Shown here piece after piece: positions 58,383 through 64,000 of a stretch of 64,000 nucleotides of DNA. The DNA is from an uncultured Candidatus Saccharibacteria bacterium. GTDB taxonomy: Bacteria > Patescibacteriota > Minisyncoccia > Phycocordibacterales > Phycocordibacteraceae. The first letter of the stretch is position 1. Each line of letters opens with the position of its first letter. Both the position numbers and the translations under genes were made by a program. The notes below the pieces were generated by a model. That model saw nothing but the letters and a program-made list of their open reading frames with translations, was not told the origin of the DNA and did no database searches. The stretch is taken from assembly GCA_964507275.1 (NCBI GenBank), contig CAZDPG010000001.1, forward strand, positions 468,577 to 532,576. Reading direction: 5' to 3'.

Positions 58383-60308
58383 TTAGTGTGCCGCTTCGGC
58401 TTTTGGCTCTTCTTTCTTCTCTTCCTTCGGTTTCTCCTCCTTGGCTTTCTCCTCGATAAGTTTCTTGAAGTTTTCGAAATCCTTTTCTGCCTTACTCTTC
58501 TTCGCTTCCTTGAGAATATTCTCAGCGGCTTTCGTATTACGGAGTGGGTTGAGCACGCCGACCGCTCCTCTCAGGAATCCTCCCTTTTCTTTGTCTATGT
58601 ATAAGTTGAGACCCTTTGCGTATCCCGCTTGTGGAGCTATCTTAATATTCTTTACTTCAGCCTGCGCTCTCCCTAGTGCACCCTCAGCCGTTTTTATAGC
58701 AGCTTCATCATTTCCGGACTTTGCGACCCTAAGATTAGCTTCCGCGGCCCTGACTTCAGCTTCCGCATCTTTCTGTTTATCAACTTCTCCCTTTGCATAT
58801 TTCAGCCCCATAAACTTACCCGTCGTCTGCTGGAGATCCTTCGCATAATCCTCGCGTTCTTTGGTCTTCCCCTTCTCCCAGTCACGGAATCCTCCCTTCT
58901 GCGCCGCACCGGCATCGACACCAATACCTTTCAGGCCACCTGCAATCGCAGCGCCACGAACATCAAAATTCGCTTTCGCTCCGCTATCAAGCGCACCAGA
59001 GACCGCCCGGCCTATGATCGGAGCGCGAGAAAGAGCTGTCTTCCTCCACCCTGTCGAAGCGCGCTGGAGTCCCCATCCCGCCGTCCCTCGCAAACCTGCA
59101 GCAGTGAGACCGAACGAGAGTTTACCGGCCGTCTGCGACGCCCATCCAGCACCGAACGCAGAGAGCTTCTTCGACGCAACCACGACGAAGAGGAGAAGTC
59201 CCATTGCGACGAGGAATGAGAGCATGACACCTCCGAACCCTGCAAGATTATTGTTATTAACGAAATCGAGCAGACCTCCTTTCGTCGGATTGAAGCCAGT
59301 GAGGAACTGGGCATCGGTAATCACCGCGAGCGCTACATAGAGCATGAGCAAAAGGACCGGCGCGGTAAGCGTCTGCTCGAAGAGCGCGTCCCACCACTGC
59401 TTTGCCCGTGCGCGAAGCTGCGGCACCGCCAGTCCGGCGAACCCGACCGGCGCAAGGATGATGAGGAATATAAGTATGACAAAGCGTGCTATGAGCACGA
59501 AGGCGAGCGAGAACATCACGAATGCCGTGACGATGAAGAGAAGGATACCCATGAACCCGATGAGCCACGGACTCGTTCCTGCAAATACTTCTTTGTTCAC
59601 CTTCCCGCTATTCACGTTGTAGAGGGTCTGAAGACCGAGCTGCGCCATGAGCTTGTTCGAGATGCCCTCATTCTGCACCGTTGCGGACTGAGTCATCGCG
59701 GCTGTCGGGAGATTACCTCCGTTTATCTGCTTATAGAATTGCGTTGCGAAGAGATTGCCCGTATCGATCACCGCCTCAGTGATGAAAAGAGAAAAGTTGA
59801 GGAAGATTGCTCCGATAAATAGCATGGGGAGCATCTTCTTCCCCCCGCCATACCACTCGACGTTCAATATCGTGGTGATGCCGATGGCGAGGAAGCCGAA
59901 TATGAGCATGATGTTCCCGACGTCGCGCAGGATACTCCAAGCGACACCGATAGCGGCGAGCTTATTCACGTAAGCTCCCATCTGAACCACGGTATAGAAC
60001 ACCGCAGTATCGAGCGTGAGCGCCGCCACACCGACGAGCCACGCGAAGAGCTCCATGATCTTCTGCATGACGATGTTATATGCGTCATCAGAGGATGCCT
60101 TGGGAGTTATCGGCGTTCCTCCTCCCGCACTCTGCGCAGTACTTGCGGTCGCGGCCGCCGAAAGAGCCTTCGTGTCGGCGGCGCTTGCTTCGGCTGGCGT
60201 AGAATACGCGTTTCCGAAGGCATCATAAGAATTGGTTTGTGCATTCACCTCAGGAACGCCCGCGAGAAGTGCGAGTGAGAAGAAGAAAGTGATGAGGATT
60301 CGGCGCAT
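58383..60308 (-). CDS. Polytopic membrane protein with signal peptide and Lys/Glu-rich C-terminal tail (VirB6/TrbL-like architecture?)
   Basis: 642 aa from MRRILITFFF. Signal peptide, about 6 TM helices in the middle, C-terminal charged coiled-coil tail (KAKEEKPKEEKKEEPKAEAAH). Confidence 0.5.
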   Translation of the reverse strand: MRRILITFFFSLALLAGVPEVNAQTNSYDAFGNAYSTPAEASAADTKALSAAATASTAQSAGGGTPITPKASSDDAYNIVMQKIMELFAWLVGVAALTLDTAVFYTVVQMGAYVNKLAAIGVAWSILRDVGNIMLIFGFLAIGITTILNVEWYGGGKKMLPMLFIGAIFLNFSLFITEAVIDTGNLFATQFYKQINGGNLPTAAMTQSATVQNEGISNKLMAQLGLQTLYNVNSGKVNKEVFAGTSPWLIGFMGILLFIVTAFVMFSLAFVLIARFVILIFLIILAPVGFAGLAVPQLRARAKQWWDALFEQTLTAPVLLLMLYVALAVITDAQFLTGFNPTKGGLLDFVNNNNLAGFGGVMLSFLVAMGLLLFVVVASKKLSAFGAGWASQTAGKLSFGLTAAGLRGTAGWGLQRASTGWRKTALSRAPIIGRAVSGALDSGAKANFDVRGAAIAGGLKGIGVDAGAAQKGGFRDWEKGKTKEREDYAKDLQQTTGKFMGLKYAKGEVDKQKDAEAEVRAAEANLRVAKSGNDEAAIKTAEGALGRAQAEVKNIKIAPQAGYAKGLNLYIDKEKGGFLRGAVGVLNPLRNTKAAENILKEAKKSKAEKDFENFKKLIEEKAKEEKPKEEKKEEPKAEAAH

Positions 60309-60309
60309 A

Positions 60310-62073
60310 TCAGAAGACGGTCGCCTGTGCCGGGGTACAGACCGAAGTCTTGAGCGCAGTCGCATTGGCACTCAAGAGATTCATCTGATCGACAGTCGAG
60401 GAAGACCCTGCCACAATTGAGAGCGAACCCGCTGGACTTGCAGTCGCATTACCGAATGCTTGCGCGTTCTGCTGTGCTCGTGCGACGTCCTGCGGCGTCG
60501 GCGGCATAGTCTGCAGTCTTTGCATGTCAGCAGCATACGTACTCCCTACCCCTTCCGATCCAGACCTGAGATCGTTCTGAACTTTCAGTATCATCGCATT
60601 CGCCCCGGCGATGACGAGAGACGCATCGATAGATTGTTCAAGCACGGGAGCAATAAGTGTCGCGAGAGCAGCGTCCGCTGCCGCAGCCTGCGCGAGACTC
60701 GCGTCCCTGAACAAGGAGAGAGAAGGGTCTGACTTTGCAGTGTTCGCAGCATCCAAACAGAAACTTGCGAGCGATGCGACGCTTGAAGACGCTGTCTGCG
60801 TAGCAGCGGTTATGGTATCCCATGCACCCTGATATAGCGCGATTTGGTTTGCCATGTTCGAACCATTGATATTCCGGTCGACGGCGGCGCTCTGATACAC
60901 GCTTGCAGCGGTACCACCGAGAGACGGAGCACTCTGGAACTCCGCAAGCCGCGAAGTCGAATTCGACCCGGAGCCGCTGTCGACGCCGAACAACCCACCT
61001 GAACCGCTTCCTCCCAAGAGGCTCGCTGCAAAGTTCACGGTCTTCATAATCGACGCGATGTTGCCCAGAATCTGATTGATCTGCGGACCAACATTACCCA
61101 TGCGAACGATCTGGTCCTGTTGACCGCCGAGCACCTTGTCCAGCGTCGCCTTGATAGTCGAACCAGGAGTCCTGATCGTGCCCGGAGTACCATCGCTATT
61201 GGTGCAAGGATCGCCAGGGTTTACACCAGCGGCAGACTGCTCATCTGGGTTATTGCCAGCAGCGTATGTGTCTGAGGACGCTTCATCCGGGTTATTCCCC
61301 GCTGGCTGTGTAGCCGTATCGCTCGCGCCGCACCACGACATGAAGCCCTGGCCCCAATCGAGCTGCGCCGCACGCACGCCGACCGCGCCGCCGCCGCCAG
61401 GAGGACTACCTATCACGCCGGCGAGCTGGGCCTGCGAGTTCTGGTAGAGACGATAAGGATTATTCTCCGATCGCGTCGTGAGCGCGAACCACGCCGCGAC
61501 GCCGCCCTGCGACCAGTTTCCCGAGAGATATGCCGGCACGTTCGGTGACGAGGCCGCGAGAGAATTCATATTCGCCGCCCAGAATCCGGAGAGGCTCGAT
61601 TTTGTGAGGTAATCATTACGCAAAGCGGAAGAGATCGAGCCAGCAAACGGTGAATTCGTATTATTCACTTGCTTCAGATATGAAAGAGCAGCGCTATCCG
61701 CCACAGTCTGATACGACTTCATCACATCGACCACGAATTGCGGCGCGCCGGTACCGTTGGCCTTGCCAATGACGAACGCTATGACACCCGCTGTGAGCGC
61801 TTTCATCAAGTCTCCCGAGAGTACGAAAGCGAGCGGCTGGAGCACATACGCATCGATTTGCATCGCGACGTTCGCTGCGGCGCTTATAGGAGTAGCGATG
61901 GCAGTGATGGTGTTCTGGATAGCGCTGATGGTACTCTCGACCAAATTCTTTCCCACCTCAACCACGGCATACTGCGCGTGCACCTTCTGCGGAGCAACGA
62001 GAAACGCCGATGGCACTATGAAAGAGATGGTGAGGAGTATCGCGAGCACCGCCGAGAGAGGTCTCTTGCTCAT
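60310..62073 (-). CDS. Large secreted low-complexity protein (Ala/Ser/Gly/Asn-rich)
   Basis: 587 aa with signal peptide. Repeats AGNNPDE(A/Q)S. Tightly packed with flanking genes. Confidence 0.5.
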   Translation of the reverse strand: MSKRPLSAVLAILLTISFIVPSAFLVAPQKVHAQYAVVEVGKNLVESTISAIQNTITAIATPISAAANVAMQIDAYVLQPLAFVLSGDLMKALTAGVIAFVIGKANGTGAPQFVVDVMKSYQTVADSAALSYLKQVNNTNSPFAGSISSALRNDYLTKSSLSGFWAANMNSLAASSPNVPAYLSGNWSQGGVAAWFALTTRSENNPYRLYQNSQAQLAGVIGSPPGGGGAVGVRAAQLDWGQGFMSWCGASDTATQPAGNNPDEASSDTYAAGNNPDEQSAAGVNPGDPCTNSDGTPGTIRTPGSTIKATLDKVLGGQQDQIVRMGNVGPQINQILGNIASIMKTVNFAASLLGGSGSGGLFGVDSGSGSNSTSRLAEFQSAPSLGGTAASVYQSAAVDRNINGSNMANQIALYQGAWDTITAATQTASSSVASLASFCLDAANTAKSDPSLSLFRDASLAQAAAADAALATLIAPVLEQSIDASLVIAGANAMILKVQNDLRSGSEGVGSTYAADMQRLQTMPPTPQDVARAQQNAQAFGNATASPAGSLSIVAGSSSTVDQMNLLSANATALKTSVCTPAQATVF

Positions 62074-63131
62074 GATTTCTTCGCCGCCTGTTTATCAGCG
62101 ACGTCCTGTATGAGATTCACGAACGACGCCCCGGGGGCACCCTTCGGGAGCGTAATACCCGCATTCTTGTAGATAGTGCCTATCCGTATGAAAGCGTTGC
62201 CGAGATCGAGCACGGCTTGTGGATATTGCTGGAGCGCAAGCATCGTCGCAAGCGGGTCAGTATGCACCCGAGAGAAGTCGGTTGTTATCTCACCCACGCG
62301 CATGAGCGCGTTCACGAGCGCCAGATCTTCCGTAGCGAGCTCTGCCGGCACCGGGAGCACCGCAAGTCCTGCCGCAGAACCGCGGTAGGCCTTTGCTATC
62401 GAGACAATGTGCGCAAGCGCCTCGGCGTCATCGTTCTGGACAGCTGCCGTCAGGTAATGTATCTCGCTTGTCGTCGCATTGCTCGTGTTCTTCAGGAGGA
62501 TTGCCTCGGCACTCACTGCAAATGCGAGGAGTGCCTCACTGCCCGACCCTGAAACCAGAATGTCGCTCGCTTTCTTATAGTCAGGAGCGGCAGACATGGT
62601 CGACGCTAGCGAATTCATGGCTTCCGTTGCAACATCGTTCATCTCGCTTTCAGAAAGATCGCCACCACCATTCTTCTGCTTCGCTTCTAGGAAGAGCGTG
62701 AAGAAGGTTTTCGCGAATGCCGCAGTAAGTGTCCCTTCTGCTGGAGGCGGAGGGAGACCGTCCGAGTCAAGAGAGGATGGGGATGATGCTGCAATCGGAA
62801 CATCCGCGACTGCTTTCGGCACGACGAGCCCTTTCGCAACCGCCTCGCCATCCGTCATCCCGAGGTGGAACGTATCGGTGCTACGCGAATCCGATCCATA
62901 CAGCGACTCCTCCCAATCCGGGAGACCGTCAGCATCGGTGTCTTTCGTCGCGATAGCCTTCAGGAGTTCCGATTCGGCTGACGCTTCCGCCACGCGCGGC
63001 TGCTCGACGCCCCGTGCGAGCACATATGCGCCGATGATGAGCACCGCCGAAAAGAGCGTTGCAGCCAGTACGCGTCGATTTACGGAAATGCCCGCTTCCA
63101 TTGCTCTAAAGTATATCACTCCGCGCTGCAC
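62070..63131 (-). CDS. Membrane-anchored extracytoplasmic hypothetical protein
   Basis: N-terminal TM anchor and a DTDADGLPDWEE calcium-binding-like motif. 4-nt overlap with the upstream gene. Confidence 0.5.
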   Translation of the reverse strand: MQRGVIYFRAMEAGISVNRRVLAATLFSAVLIIGAYVLARGVEQPRVAEASAESELLKAIATKDTDADGLPDWEESLYGSDSRSTDTFHLGMTDGEAVAKGLVVPKAVADVPIAASSPSSLDSDGLPPPPAEGTLTAAFAKTFFTLFLEAKQKNGGGDLSESEMNDVATEAMNSLASTMSAAPDYKKASDILVSGSGSEALLAFAVSAEAILLKNTSNATTSEIHYLTAAVQNDDAEALAHIVSIAKAYRGSAAGLAVLPVPAELATEDLALVNALMRVGEITTDFSRVHTDPLATMLALQQYPQAVLDLGNAFIRIGTIYKNAGITLPKGAPGASFVNLIQDVADKQAAKKS

Positions 63132-63178
63132 AGGCGTGGAGAATGTGGTGATATGAACTGGTCAGAACAGCCTCTCAA

Positions 63179-63925
63179 TCAGGCTCGCAGTACAGAGAAC
63201 CATACTGAGAGCGGCAAATCTTCGGCACGGGCTTTTTCTGGAATGTCGCCACACGGGAGCCCTGCTTCCGATAAGTTCTTCCTCACGAATTTGCGCTTAT
63301 GCGCGAAACCGGCGTGCAAGAGCGTAAAAAACATCTCTTCTTCAGAGCGAGAAGAGAAATTCTTCCGTGAAATATCTCTGACGGAGAGCACTGCTGAATC
63401 CACCTTCGGGGCAGGCCGGAAAGCCCCGCGAGGAACCGTGAATTCATATTTCGGCATACCGTAGGCCTTTACTGAAAGCGAGAGGAGGCTCTCTTTGTCT
63501 GACCGCGCGATACGTTCGGCGACTTCTTTCTGCACGAGGAGGGTCATCGCTGCTGGCTGATTATCCGTTTCTAGGAACATCCTGAATATCTCACCGGTGA
63601 GGTAGTACGGGATATTCGCGACAAGCAAATATCCGTGTGGAAGCGTCCTTATGTCAAACGTGCGGATGTCGCCGCTTATGAGTTCCAACCGCCCTTCTGC
63701 TATTTCATCCGCGAAACTAGTTTGCAGTGTATTAAAAAGCTCGTAATCCGCTTCAAGTGCGATGACTTTTTTCGCAAGCTTCAGGAGTTCTCGCGTGAGC
63801 ATGCCCGTGCCCGGTCCTATCTCAAACACGATGCCGCCCGGAGTGATGTCGGCGGTGATAGCAATACGTTCAGCGATGCGCGCGTGCATCAAGAAATTCT
63901 GTCCGAGTGATTTCTTAGCGTACAT
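63179..63925 (-). CDS. rsmA: 16S rRNA (adenine1518/1519-N6)-dimethyltransferase RsmA/KsgA
   Basis: KKSLGQNFLMHARIAERI and FEIGPGTGMLT SAM-binding motif. Start at MYAKKS. Confidence 0.85.
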   Translation of the reverse strand: MYAKKSLGQNFLMHARIAERIAITADITPGGIVFEIGPGTGMLTRELLKLAKKVIALEADYELFNTLQTSFADEIAEGRLELISGDIRTFDIRTLPHGYLLVANIPYYLTGEIFRMFLETDNQPAAMTLLVQKEVAERIARSDKESLLSLSVKAYGMPKYEFTVPRGAFRPAPKVDSAVLSVRDISRKNFSSRSEEEMFFTLLHAGFAHKRKFVRKNLSEAGLPCGDIPEKARAEDLPLSVWFSVLRA

Positions 63926-64000
63926 AGTATCTCTACCTGATAACCCAATCATCATCTGTCTCTCGCGTCGACCCTGTCTCGTCATATACCAGAAGCGAGT

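Overview
A 64-kb, gene-dense, roughly 58% GC bacterial window. Gene content suggests a small-genome lineage, possibly Candidate Phyla Radiation/Patescibacteria: ribosomal protein L30 is absent, many r-proteins carry terminal extensions, and a type IV pilus/competence cluster sits beside a diversity-generating retroelement. I hold this lineage call at low confidence.

Layout, left to right:
1. 54-9035: a near-complete type IV pilus cluster, all on the minus strand. It contains prepilin peptidase, two tandem pilins, PilC, PilT, a CheY-like receiver, PilB, PilO/PilN-like proteins and PilM.
2. 9050-10805: divergent ComF, a free-standing HTH-LAGLIDADG endonuclease-like gene, and tRNA-Ser(GCU).
3. 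10877-12904: a CsoR-controlled metal operon with an HMA-CcdA/DsbD fusion, a secreted cupredoxin-like protein and a DUF378 protein.
4. 12929-15353: a complete diversity-generating retroelement. It has the reverse transcriptase, a divergently oriented Avd, a 109-bp TR/VR pair with 12 strictly adenine-specific differences, and a GC-rich 4-nt-loop hairpin downstream of the VR.
5. 15550-21129: a MacAB/HlyD-like ABC efflux trio, then GroEL/GroES.
6. 21926-37399: SecG, an orphan family-5 SBP, RNase J with an Ala/Pro/Arg-rich N-extension, an MFS transporter, Fe-S-cluster-less MutY-like and Nth glycosylases, a beta-helix membrane protein, VKOR, DedA, FMN reductase, a secreted PLD nuclease, infC-rpmI-rplT, a GrpB gene flanked by a duplicated gene 3' end, and a beta-CASP MBL hydrolase.
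7. 37704-57476: the ndk-map-adk-secY-spc-S10-str ribosomal supercluster, minus strand, with no L30. It is interrupted by a proteobacterial-type dapD between rplB and rpsS, and by two plus-strand ORFs around fusA.
8. 37471-37684 and 51247-51431: two paralogous terminator-bounded intergenic elements that are candidate sRNAs.
9. 57539-63925: three large secreted or membrane hypothetical proteins and KsgA.

The most notable system is the DGR with its unusual divergent avd and a C10 tract at the avd start. No rRNA or CRISPR was found.
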